From Candidatus Kapaibacterium sp. (GTDB lineage: Bacteria; Bacteroidota; Ignavibacteria; Kapaibacteriales; NICIL-2), in the NCBI GenBank assembly GCA_040398805.1, contig JBBATK010000003.1, forward strand, positions 124,062-188,061: a stretch of DNA of 64,000 bases, given 5' to 3'. Of the stretch, positions 30,528-39,713 are shown piece by piece. The stretch's first letter is position 1. The number at the start of each line of letters is the position of its first letter. A program made the translations under genes and the position numbers. Below the pieces are notes generated by a model that saw nothing but the letters and a program-made list of their open reading frames with translations, was not told where the DNA came from and did no database searches.

Positions 30528-32594
30528 CTATCCACCGGCATACATGTTTGTTTTTATGACTGCTGGCTCATAACGTGAGAAGCTCATGACAAACACGGCC
30601 CGACCTTGCGTAAGGGATCGTAACTGCGTGACATATCCGAACATTTCCGACAAAGGCACAAGGGCTTTGATGATCTGCAGATTCAATCTGCTGTCGATAC
30701 CCTCGATCTTACCTCGTCGTGAACTGATATCCGCAATTACTTCTCCCATGAATTCTTCAGGAGTTGTCACCTCGACCAAGAACACCGGCTCCAGTATGAT
30801 GGGCTGTGCTTCGCGGCAACAATCTCGTACGGCCATCGATGATGCGATCTTGAACGCTACATCACTCGATTCACTGACGTCGAACTTCGCATCCTCCAGA
30901 ACCACGTGCACATCGACCAAAGGATATCCCATCACCGGTCCGGCACCCATGGCCTCCCGGGCACCTTGCTCGATCGCTACAGCGTATTCCGTCGGAAAGT
31001 CCTTGGAGACGAATTCGTTGGCAAAGGTGATTCCCTTGCCGTTAGCGTTCGGTTCGACACGCATCGTCACGATGGCGAACTGGCCCTTCGTGCCCTGCTG
31101 TCGAATGAACTCCACTGTCTTACTGCTGTTCGCAGACACCGTTTCCCGATAACTGACCTGAGGCTTTCCTACGCGCACCGGAACATTGAATTCTCTCTGG
31201 ATTCGGTCGACCAGAATCTCCAAGTGAAGCTCTCCGACTCCTCTGATCAAAAGCTGACCGGATTCCTTGTCGTTGCCATACTTGAACGTCGGGTCTTCCT
31301 CGCTGAGCGAAAGAAGAGCCGCCAGGAGCTTGTCCTGATCCGCTGTCGCCTTCGCTTCGATGGATTGATTTATCACCGGTTCGGCGAAATCGATTTTCTC
31401 GAATAACAATGGCGCTTTCGCATCACAGAGAGTCTCTCCGGTACGGGCCTTGAGTCCGGGAATCGAAACGATATCTCCGGCACTCGCCGTTTTCACTTCT
31501 TCCCGCTTGTCCGCCTGCATCCGAACGATTTTCAGCACTCGCTCTTTCTTCTGCGTGGAAGCGTTGAGAACCATTTGTCCGACCTCAAGCGTACCGCTGT
31601 ACACGCGAATGAATACGAGCTTTCCGGCATGTTTATCCGTCACCACCTTGAACGCAAGTGCGGAGAACGGCTCGTCGGCATCCGCCGTTCGAACCACTTC
31701 CTTCTCCTCGTCCTCGGCCGCAAACCCATGAGCAGGTTTCGTCTCTGCCGGCGACGGCAGGTAATCGATGACCGCATCCAAGAGCTGCTGGACACCCTTG
31801 TTACGATACGATGAACCGCAAAGTACAGGGACGATAGCACCACGAATGGTGGCTGCTCGTAGCGCGTTCCGGATTTCCGCTTCGGTGATGTCATCGCCGG
31901 CGAGATACTTTTCCAACATCTCGTCCTGCGTCTCCGCCACCGCCTCGACCATCGCCGCCCGGGCATCACGTGCCGAGGCCATCATCTCCTCAGGAATATC
32001 TCCCTCGGTAAACGATGCTCCCAGCGTCGTGTCATCAAAGACGATCGATTTCATCCGCACCAAATCGATTACACCCTTGAAATGCTCCTCTTGTCCGATG
32101 GGTATCTGAACCGCCACCGGGGATGCATTCAGGCGCTCACGGATCATTGTCACGACATGAAAGAAATCGGCTCCCGTACGATCCATCTTATTGACAAACG
32201 CAATACGAGGTACTTCATACAGGTCTGCTTGACGCCACACCGTTTCCGATTGTGGCTCGACCCCTTCGACCGCCGTGAACAACGCAATCGCACCGTCGAG
32301 AACTCGAAGCGAACGCTGGACTTCCGCAGTGAAATCGACATGACCGGGTGTATCGATGATGTTGATCCGGTACTCATGCCATGTGCATGTCACCGCTGCA
32401 GAGGTAATCGTAATGCCTCGCTCTCGCTCCTGCGCCATGTAATCGGTGATGGTGGTTCCTTCGTGAACCTCGCCGATCTTGTGGAGGAAGCCGGTATAAA
32501 ACAAGATCCTTTCGGTCGTTGTCGTTTTTCCGGCATCTATGTGAGCCATGATACCGATGTTTCGAACCTTCATTATATCTGTGGGCCGAATCAT
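30528..32594 (-). CDS. fusA: Elongation factor G, divergent str-operon copy (EF-G2/mtEFG2-like, probably recycling-specialised)
   Basis: [40 protein letters not shown]; domain IV loops degenerate ([18 protein letters not shown]). Confidence 0.93.
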   Translation of the reverse strand: MIRPTDIMKVRNIGIMAHIDAGKTTTTERILFYTGFLHKIGEVHEGTTITDYMAQERERGITITSAAVTCTWHEYRINIIDTPGHVDFTAEVQRSLRVLDGAIALFTAVEGVEPQSETVWRQADLYEVPRIAFVNKMDRTGADFFHVVTMIRERLNASPVAVQIPIGQEEHFKGVIDLVRMKSIVFDDTTLGASFTEGDIPEEMMASARDARAAMVEAVAETQDEMLEKYLAGDDITEAEIRNALRAATIRGAIVPVLCGSSYRNKGVQQLLDAVIDYLPSPAETKPAHGFAAEDEEKEVVRTADADEPFSALAFKVVTDKHAGKLVFIRVYSGTLEVGQMVLNASTQKKERVLKIVRMQADKREEVKTASAGDIVSIPGLKARTGETLCDAKAPLLFEKIDFAEPVINQSIEAKATADQDKLLAALLSLSEEDPTFKYGNDKESGQLLIRGVGELHLEILVDRIQREFNVPVRVGKPQVSYRETVSANSSKTVEFIRQQGTKGQFAIVTMRVEPNANGKGITFANEFVSKDFPTEYAVAIEQGAREAMGAGPVMGYPLVDVHVVLEDAKFDVSESSDVAFKIASSMAVRDCCREAQPIILEPVFLVEVTTPEEFMGEVIADISSRRGKIEGIDSRLNLQIIKALVPLSEMFGYVTQLRSLTQGRAVFVMSFSRYEPAVIKTNMYAGG

Positions 32595-32652
32595 CGATTC
32601 ACTTCTCGCGTTGAGTTGTTATGTTTTCAAAGAACAAAAATCACCGACGCTC

Positions 32653-33120
32653 TTACCACTTGAAGTGGGCGAACGCCTTGTTCGACTCCGCCATCGCATG
32701 CATGGTGTCACGACGCTTGATCGCTCCACCTTCACCGTTGGACGCAGCCAAAATTTCATTCGCCAGACGGGTTGCCATCGATTTGTCGCGACGCTCCTTG
32801 GAGTAGTCACGAATCCAACGGATGGCAAGCGCCAGACGACGCTCTTCCCGCACTTCCGAGGGCACCTGATACGTAGCTCCACCCACACGACGAGGACGAA
32901 CCTCGAGAGCGGGAGACGCATTCGCAATCGCTTTGCGGAAGATCTCGATCGGCTCTTGTCCGCTCTTCTCTCCCACGATGTTCAACGCCTGATACACGAT
33001 CTTCCGCGCAACCGTCTTCTTGCCCTGAAGCATGATGCAATTGACAAACTTCGCGAGAACCACATCGTTGTACAGTGGGTCGGGAGTGACGTAGCGCTTT
33101 TCTGCTTTCTTCTTTCTCAT
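32653..33120 (-). CDS. rpsG: 30S ribosomal protein S7
   Basis: PDPLY, GKKTVA, RRVGGATYQVP, MAESNKAFAHF. Confidence 0.98.
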   Translation of the reverse strand: MRKKKAEKRYVTPDPLYNDVVLAKFVNCIMLQGKKTVARKIVYQALNIVGEKSGQEPIEIFRKAIANASPALEVRPRRVGGATYQVPSEVREERRLALAIRWIRDYSKERRDKSMATRLANEILAASNGEGGAIKRRDTMHAMAESNKAFAHFKW

Positions 33121-33274
33121 CGATCAATGTGCGTTTGTTGTTTCGAGTCTCCTACCGGAAGATGTCCTCTTCCCTTCAACTCTTACTTTCTTTCTTTTTT
33201 CTTTTTGCTTACTTCAAACGTTCGGGATTTCTCTTACGTACGCCTTACCACATCCTCTCTATCCCGAACATGGT

Positions 33275-33664
33275 TTACTTCTTTACCGCACCGGCCTTCG
33301 GTCTCTTCGCACCGTACTTGGAACGTGCCTGCATTCTTCCGTTCACACCCTGCGTATCGGCTGCGCCACGGATGATGTGGTAACGGACACCGGGAAGATC
33401 CTTCACACGACCACCGCGAATCATCACGATGCTGTGCTCTTGAAGGTTATGTCCTTCGCCGGGAATGTACGCCGTCACCTCGATGGAGTTCGTCAAACGA
33501 ACACGGGCTACCTTACGAAGTGCAGAGTTCGGTTTCTTCGGTGTTGTCGTGTACACACGGGTACACACACCACGACGTTGAGGACACGACATCAAAGCCG
33601 GAGACTTTGACTTGTACTGGACTTCTTGACGTCCCTTACGGACTAGTTGCGCAATCGTAGGCAT
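33275..33664 (-). CDS. rpsL: 30S ribosomal protein S12
   Basis: [32 protein letters not shown]; start ATG 33664. Confidence 0.99.
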   Translation of the reverse strand: MPTIAQLVRKGRQEVQYKSKSPALMSCPQRRGVCTRVYTTTPKKPNSALRKVARVRLTNSIEVTAYIPGEGHNLQEHSIVMIRGGRVKDLPGVRYHIIRGAADTQGVNGRMQARSKYGAKRPKAGAVKK

Positions 33665-33716
33665 TCGACAGTTACCAAGTGACAATGAGTAAAAAACGCC
33701 CTTTTGAGCGAGCCGA

Positions 33717-33748
33717 CAAAAATAGGGGTTGCGGGGAACGTGCGCAAA
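33717..33748 (-). promoter_or_regulatory. Bacteroidota-type housekeeping promoter of the str operon
   Basis: TTTG (33748-33745), 20-nt spacer, TATTTTTG (33724-33717), matching TTTG/TAnnTTTG. Confidence 0.8.
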
Positions 33749-33977
33749 AAAATGTTTGAGAAAGGTGAAAATAGTGCGCGGGACGCCCGATTTCCCTCCG
33801 TCGACAAACCACCAAGCCACCTCTTCCGCCGCCGAAAACCACCTCTGGACGTTTGTTCCGGCCGGGATCAGCCGAGCAAACGATGACCGCCGGAAAACAA
33901 CGGACCACCTCTGAGCATTACCTTCGAAAACCGAATGAAAACGACGTTTTTATTCCTTCTGACCACCGACACGGTAG

Positions 33978-34013
33978 AAAAAAAAGCCCCGCCGGCAAAC
34001 GACCGGCAGGGCT
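33978..34013 (-). terminator. Rho-independent terminator after the upstream EF-G gene
   Basis: GCCCTGCCGG-TCGTTTG-CCGGCGGGGC followed by T8. Confidence 0.88.
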
Positions 34014-34038
34014 CGCTTCGAATTGTCAGTGCGCGGAC

Positions 34039-36138
34039 TTACTTCGTCCCTTCGGCACGCTTCTTCTGGTATTCCTTGACCATTTCATCTTGAACCGCCT
34101 TCGGAACCTGCGCGTACTTCAAGAACTCCATCGTGAACTCTCCCTTGCCCTGCGTGACGCTGCGGATATCGGTGGAGTAACCGAACATCATCTGGAGGGG
34201 AACTTCCGAAGTGACCGTGACGTAGCCGGCTTCGTTTTCCGTGCCGACGATGATTCCACGACGCTGGTTGATCTGTCCGATGGCCACACCCTGGAATTCG
34301 TCGGGAACCGATACCTCAAGCTTCATGATCGGCTCGAGCACGACCGGACTCGCACTGTTGTAGCATTCGCGCAAGGCAGCCATGGACGCCAGCTTGAACG
34401 CCATTTCCGACGAGTCGACCGCGTGGGTCGCACCGTCGTTCAACACGACGCGGATGCGCTGAATCGGCTGACCGATGAGCTGACCGTCCTTGACCTGCTC
34501 GGCAAAACCCTTGTCGCAGGCAGGGATGAACTCGCGAGAGATGACACCGCCGACGATCTCGTCGACGAACTGATAGTTATCGTGAACGTCCTCTTCCGTG
34601 ATCGGCTCGATATAGCCGGCCACGCGAGCGAACTGACCCGAACCACCGGTCTGCTTCTTGTGGGTGTAATTGAACTCTGCCCGACGGGAGATAGCCTCGC
34701 GGAACGCCACCTTCGGACGTCCGACGACCACCTCGCAATTGTATTCACGCTTGATACGCTCGATGTAGATCTCAAGGTGCAACTCGCCCATCCCCTTGAT
34801 GATCGTTTCGTTGCTCTCTTCGTCGCGGTACACGCGGAAGGTGGGATCCTCCTTGGTAAAGCGGTTGAGCGCTTTGGAGAAATTCACCTGTCCCGCCTTT
34901 TCCTTGGGCGAAACCGCAAGCTCGATAACGGGCTCGGGGACGAACATCGACGTCATGGCGTAATTCACGGATCCGTCCGTAAACGTATCGCCGGAAGCGC
35001 AATCAACGCCGAACATGGCGACGATGTCTCCTGCCGACGTCTCGTCGATATCATGCATTTCGCTTGCGTGCATACGCACCAAACGCGGGACTTTCACCTT
35101 CTTGCCGTTGGCGATGTTGAAAATCGTATCGCCTTTCTTGATGCCACCCTGGTAAATACGCATGTAGGTAAGCTGACCGAAACGGCCGTCCTCCAGCTTG
35201 AACGCCAATCCCACAAAGGGTTTGGAAGGATTGGATTCCAATTGGACCTTCTCTTCGTTCTTGTCGCGGTCGAGAGCGATGTTATTCACCTGCGAAGGAT
35301 CCGGAAGGAAGGCGCACACACCGTCGAGCAGCAATTGCACACCCTTATTCTGCTTGGCGGTACCGACGAACACAGGGGTGATCTTCATTTCGATGGTGGC
35401 CTTACGGATGACGGGGATGAGTTCCTCCATCGTCACCGGCTCTTCCATCAGAAACTTCTCGGCGACCACGTCGTCGAAATCGGAGAGGGACTCTTCGATC
35501 TTGTGACGGTATTCCTTCGCCTGCGCAAGCATGTCCGCCGGAATCTCCTCCTCGCGGATGTTCTCTCCGTTGTCGCCGTCGAAATACATGGCCTTCATCT
35601 TCAACAGGTCGATGACTCCCGCGAACTTGTCCTCAAGTCCGATAGGAATGTTCAGCATCACAGGGTTGTGGTTGAGCTTCTCGCGAAGCTGCTCCACCAC
35701 CCGGTACGGGTTGGCACCGGCACGGTCCGCCTTGTTGATGAACGCCAAGCGCGGAACGTTGTAGCGGCGCATCTGACGGTCCACCGTGATGGACTGGCTT
35801 TGGACGCCGGCAACGGAGCACAATACCAGGACGGCGCCGTCCAGAACGCGCAGAGCCCGCTCCACCTCGACGGTGAAGTCCACGTGGCCCGGCGTGTCGA
35901 TCAGGTTGATCGTATAGTCTTTCCACTCACAATAGGTTGCGGCGGACTGGATGGTAATCCCCTTCTCGCGTTCGAGATCCATCGAGTCCATGGTCGGACC
36001 ATTACCCTCTTTGCTTCGAACCTCGATGATGCGGTGAATCTTACCCGTGTAGAAAAGAATGCGCTCGCTCAGCGTGGTTTTACCCGAGTCGATGTGCGCA
36101 GAAATACCAATGTTGCGAACTTTGCTGATGTCAGCCAT
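34039..36138 (-). CDS. fusA: Elongation factor G, stand-alone copy (spdEFG1/mtEFG1-like, probable translocase)
   Basis: [67 protein letters not shown]; start ATG 36138. Confidence 0.96.
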   Translation of the reverse strand: MADISKVRNIGISAHIDSGKTTLSERILFYTGKIHRIIEVRSKEGNGPTMDSMDLEREKGITIQSAATYCEWKDYTINLIDTPGHVDFTVEVERALRVLDGAVLVLCSVAGVQSQSITVDRQMRRYNVPRLAFINKADRAGANPYRVVEQLREKLNHNPVMLNIPIGLEDKFAGVIDLLKMKAMYFDGDNGENIREEEIPADMLAQAKEYRHKIEESLSDFDDVVAEKFLMEEPVTMEELIPVIRKATIEMKITPVFVGTAKQNKGVQLLLDGVCAFLPDPSQVNNIALDRDKNEEKVQLESNPSKPFVGLAFKLEDGRFGQLTYMRIYQGGIKKGDTIFNIANGKKVKVPRLVRMHASEMHDIDETSAGDIVAMFGVDCASGDTFTDGSVNYAMTSMFVPEPVIELAVSPKEKAGQVNFSKALNRFTKEDPTFRVYRDEESNETIIKGMGELHLEIYIERIKREYNCEVVVGRPKVAFREAISRRAEFNYTHKKQTGGSGQFARVAGYIEPITEEDVHDNYQFVDEIVGGVISREFIPACDKGFAEQVKDGQLIGQPIQRIRVVLNDGATHAVDSSEMAFKLASMAALRECYNSASPVVLEPIMKLEVSVPDEFQGVAIGQINQRRGIIVGTENEAGYVTVTSEVPLQMMFGYSTDIRSVTQGKGEFTMEFLKYAQVPKAVQDEMVKEYQKKRAEGTK

Positions 36139-36237
36139 GGGATTCGTCCTGCAATAGCATATTGTGATACATGGACACTGCCCGGGGCGAACGGCACGAA
36201 AGTGCCACATCGCGGGACGTGTTTTTCTATAAGACCA

Positions 36238-36268
36238 CAAAAATAGTGTATTTAGGGAGACGGACAAG
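36238..36268 (-). promoter_or_regulatory. Bacteroidota-type promoter of the stand-alone EF-G
   Basis: CTTG, 19-nt spacer, TATTTTTG on the minus strand. Confidence 0.7.
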
Positions 36269-36401
36269 AAAATCGTCGAAGCGGCGGACGGGTCACCCTC
36301 GGCGCTTCCTTCGATACTCGCCCGCGGAGCGCCTTTCCGGATACCCGTGAGAACATGGTCCCACGTCATCCCTTTTTTCAACCGATAACCCTACTCAGAT
36401 C

Positions 36402-37217
36402 ATGTCATTCCGCTTCCCCTCCATCGTCGGTATCGTCAATGTCACGCCCGACTCCTTCAGCGACGGCGGACGTTTCCCGTCCGCAGAAGCCGCCGTCCGT
36501 CACGCCATGCAGCTCATTGCAGACGGAGCAGATATGCTGGATATCGGTGGCGAAAGCACCCGACCGGGTGCGGCCGACGTGAGCGAAACCGAGGAGCTAG
36601 CGCGGGTCATCCCCGTCATCGAGGGCATCCGACGCCAGGATGGTACCATTCCCCTCAGCATCGATACCCGGAAATCCGGCGTGGCCGAGCGGGCCCTGCA
36701 GGCCGGTGCCACCATCATCAACGATGTCAGCGCCGGACGTCACGACGCCGGGATGTTCGCCGTAGCCGCCCGCGCGGAGTGTCCCCTCATCCTCATGCAT
36801 ATGCAGGGCACGCCCGGCACCATGCAGGACCGGCCGGAGTACGACAATGTCGTGGCCACCGTTTTCGATTTCCTCCACGACCGTATCAACGACGCCCGCG
36901 CCGCCGGCGTCGAGAACATCATCGCCGATGTGGGCATCGGTTTCGGTAAGACCCTCGAGCATAACCTGGAACTCCTGCGCAATCACGCCGTGTTCCAACA
37001 TTTGGGCGTTCCTCTCATGCTTGGCATCTCCCGCAAACGGTTTCTCGGCACCGTCTGCTCCATTGAGAGTCCCGAAGACCGCGATGCGGCCACGGCCATG
37101 TGCCATGCCCTCATGCTCAATGCCGGGGCGGCCTTCGTCCGCGTCCACAACGTACGCCTCATTACCCAGCTCAAAGCCCTCACGAACAGTCTGCTGAACA
37201 CACAACCCGCGTCGTGA
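36402..37217 (+). CDS. folP: Dihydropteroate synthase
   Basis: GIVNVTPDSFSDGG, DIGGESTRPGA, SIDT, LMHMQG, GIGFGK, SRKRF, RVH. Confidence 0.97.
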   Translation: MSFRFPSIVGIVNVTPDSFSDGGRFPSAEAAVRHAMQLIADGADMLDIGGESTRPGAADVSETEELARVIPVIEGIRRQDGTIPLSIDTRKSGVAERALQAGATIINDVSAGRHDAGMFAVAARAECPLILMHMQGTPGTMQDRPEYDNVVATVFDFLHDRINDARAAGVENIIADVGIGFGKTLEHNLELLRNHAVFQHLGVPLMLGISRKRFLGTVCSIESPEDRDAATAMCHALMLNAGAAFVRVHNVRLITQLKALTNSLLNTQPAS

Positions 37218-37317
37218 ATCCCGAATCCGACGCACTCCCGATTGGCGGTGTGACATCGGTGAAGGCATGATACACCTGATTTTACTATTGAGCTCCCAAC
37301 CGTATCCGAATACCCGT

Positions 37318-38142
37318 ATGATCCGTATCCGTTCCTTCCCGACGAAGAATCTTATCGTCATCCTGTGTCTTCTCTCCCTTCGTGCCACTGCCTCGGCCCA
37401 GCACCTGCTCTTCGCGCCGTTGCTCGCCAATCCCTTCGAAGCCCGCATCGGAACGATGTATCAGGCAAGCGACAACAAGCTGCGACTCGACATCGGTCAT
37501 AGCTTCGATCTGATGCAGCTGGACAGTTCGGGAACCGGAGCGTGGAACATGGGTGGGGATTTCTTCACCTATACCCGGCTCCGCTCCGAGGGTCGATTGA
37601 AGTTTCCCGTGGAGACGGTGGATTACTTTTTCGGACTCAATACCTCCCGCACCTGGAAGCTTGCCGCGTCCACCCTTTCCCTGCGCGTGCGGGTCTCTCA
37701 TATCTCCGCGCATCTCGTCGACGGTCTGGCGGACACTGCGGGCACGCTCACTCCTAAGCCGTTCGTGTACAGTCGCGAGTTCGTCGATGCGGTCGGCGCC
37801 TACACAGTCGGCGACCTCCGCATGTACGCCGGGTTCACCGCCGTGTTCTCCAACAGAAAGACCACGCCGCAACCGAACCTGTTCATCCCGCAAGCGGGCA
37901 TCGAATACTCTCGGCCGATCCTGGGATTTACCAAGGCATTCGCTGCCGTGGATACCAAGTTCTCGGGACTCGACGGCGACATCCGGTTGGTCACGGCGGC
38001 TCAGGCAGGGGTCATCATTCCTCAACGCGGAGGCTACGACCTGATTCTCAGCACCTACTATTACGACGGTTTGAGCATGCATGGTCTGTTCCTTGGCACC
38101 CACGACTCGTATATGGGTGTGGGATTCCAGGTGGGAATCTGA
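37318..38142 (+). CDS. DUF1207-like exported beta-strand-rich (outer membrane) protein
   Basis: Signal peptide (ATASA-Q), FAPLLANPFEARIG, SHISAHLVD, YSRE, amphipathic strands. Confidence 0.65.
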   Translation: MIRIRSFPTKNLIVILCLLSLRATASAQHLLFAPLLANPFEARIGTMYQASDNKLRLDIGHSFDLMQLDSSGTGAWNMGGDFFTYTRLRSEGRLKFPVETVDYFFGLNTSRTWKLAASTLSLRVRVSHISAHLVDGLADTAGTLTPKPFVYSREFVDAVGAYTVGDLRMYAGFTAVFSNRKTTPQPNLFIPQAGIEYSRPILGFTKAFAAVDTKFSGLDGDIRLVTAAQAGVIIPQRGGYDLILSTYYYDGLSMHGLFLGTHDSYMGVGFQVGI

Positions 38143-38193
38143 TGTCGAGGATGCCCCGGGGACGTCGAAGCGGCGTACTCGTTCCCCTCTTCG

Positions 38194-38201
38194 TACTTTT
38201 G
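38194..38201 (+). promoter_or_regulatory. -7 promoter box upstream of ychF
   Basis: TACTTTTG about 65 nt upstream of the ATG. Confidence 0.5.
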
Positions 38202-38266
38202 TCGTTCTAATTCGCCCTCCCTGCTGCGCAGGTCGGGATTGTTTTCACTCTGAAGCACACACAGCG

Positions 38267-39364
38267 ATGGGAATTGCATGCGGAATCGTCGGTCTTCCGA
38301 ACGTGGGTAAATCAACCTTGTTCAACGCTCTCACATCGAACAACATCGAGGCGGCGAACTACCCGTTTTGTACCATCGACCCCAACGTGGGCATCGTCAA
38401 TGTTCCCGATCCGCGCCTCAGCGAACTTTCGGTGGGATACGAAACGGAGCGTACCGTGCCCGCCACCGTCGAATTCGTCGACATCGCAGGCCTTGTGGAA
38501 GGTGCGGCAAAAGGAGAAGGACTTGGCAATCAGTTCCTTGCGCACATTCGTGCCGTGGATGCCATCGCTCATGTGGTGCGTTGTTTCGGCGACGACAACG
38601 TGGTGCATGTGAGCGGAAGCGTCAATCCCCTTCGGGATATCGATATCATCGAGACGGAGCTGGTGCTGAAAGACCTTGAGTCCGCCACCAAACGCATGGA
38701 GACCGTCACGAAGAAAGCGCGCAGTCAGGACAAGGAAGCCAAGGATGAACTCGAGATGCTGCAACGCTTGCAAGAACATCTGAACGAGGGGCGTACCGCG
38801 CGCTCCTTCGCGTGCAAGACCGATGTCGAGCTTGAGCAGATGAAAGCTCTGTTCCTTCTTACCGCAAAGCCGCAGATGTACATCTGTAACACTGATGAGG
38901 ACGGTGTGAAGTCCGGCAACGCCCTCATCGACGCCGTGCGCACGCGAGCCCACGCAGAGGGAGCGCTCGTGGTTCCCATCTGCGCGAAGATCGAAGCCGA
39001 GATCGCTCAATTGGAACAGACCGACCGTGACGTGTTCCTTGCCGACCTGGGGATGGAAGAGCCGGGTCTGGACCGCGTGATCAGGGAGGCATACTCCTTA
39101 CTCGGCCTCATCACCTATCTGACCGCAGGAAAGAAGGAAGTACGCGCGTGGACGGTGAAGAAGAACTCCACCGCTCCCCAAGCGGCGGGAGTGATCCATA
39201 GCGACTTCGAGCGCGGTTTCATTCGTGCCGAAGTGATGAAGTACGACGATTGGAAGCGCCTGGGTTCCGAGCAAGCAGTGCGCGATGCGGGACTGTACCG
39301 CACGGAGGGCAAGGAGTACATCGTTCATGACGGTGACATCATGCACTTCCGCTTCAACGTCTAG
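38267..39364 (+). CDS. ychF: Redox-regulated ATPase YchF (Obg family)
   Basis: GIVGLPNVGKST, NYPFCTIDPN, DIAGLV, GEGLGNQFL, HSDFERGFIRAE, FRFNV. Confidence 0.98.
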   Translation: MGIACGIVGLPNVGKSTLFNALTSNNIEAANYPFCTIDPNVGIVNVPDPRLSELSVGYETERTVPATVEFVDIAGLVEGAAKGEGLGNQFLAHIRAVDAIAHVVRCFGDDNVVHVSGSVNPLRDIDIIETELVLKDLESATKRMETVTKKARSQDKEAKDELEMLQRLQEHLNEGRTARSFACKTDVELEQMKALFLLTAKPQMYICNTDEDGVKSGNALIDAVRTRAHAEGALVVPICAKIEAEIAQLEQTDRDVFLADLGMEEPGLDRVIREAYSLLGLITYLTAGKKEVRAWTVKKNSTAPQAAGVIHSDFERGFIRAEVMKYDDWKRLGSEQAVRDAGLYRTEGKEYIVHDGDIMHFRFNV

Positions 39365-39713
39365 CGGATGCCGAAGACCTATCGGTGACAAAATCCTCTT
39401 CCTCTCCATTTTACGATTGTTGCGTTCCCTGTCTCAATTTCTCATTGTGATTGCGAACGTTTTTTGGTAGTTTGACGAAATCGATACGCGGGAACCTGGC
39501 GCAGCAGATGTCTGCGCCGAAAGCACACGGAAGCATGGGGATAGAGATGCTTCAACGACAATCGTTCGCCATATTCACTTTCATAGACTGATCCATAAGG
39601 GAAGGCGGTATAGCAGGACTGGTTCCGGACCGTCTGCAGGCCTTCGACAGTTCTTACGGGGATATTCAATTCACATTCCGTTCAGTTTGTTTAACCACAT
39701 TCGGGGAGTACGT

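Noticed and set aside
33853-36246. 797-aa plus-strand ORF
   Set aside because: Antisense shadow of the strongly codon-biased EF-G gene; no recognisable motifs.
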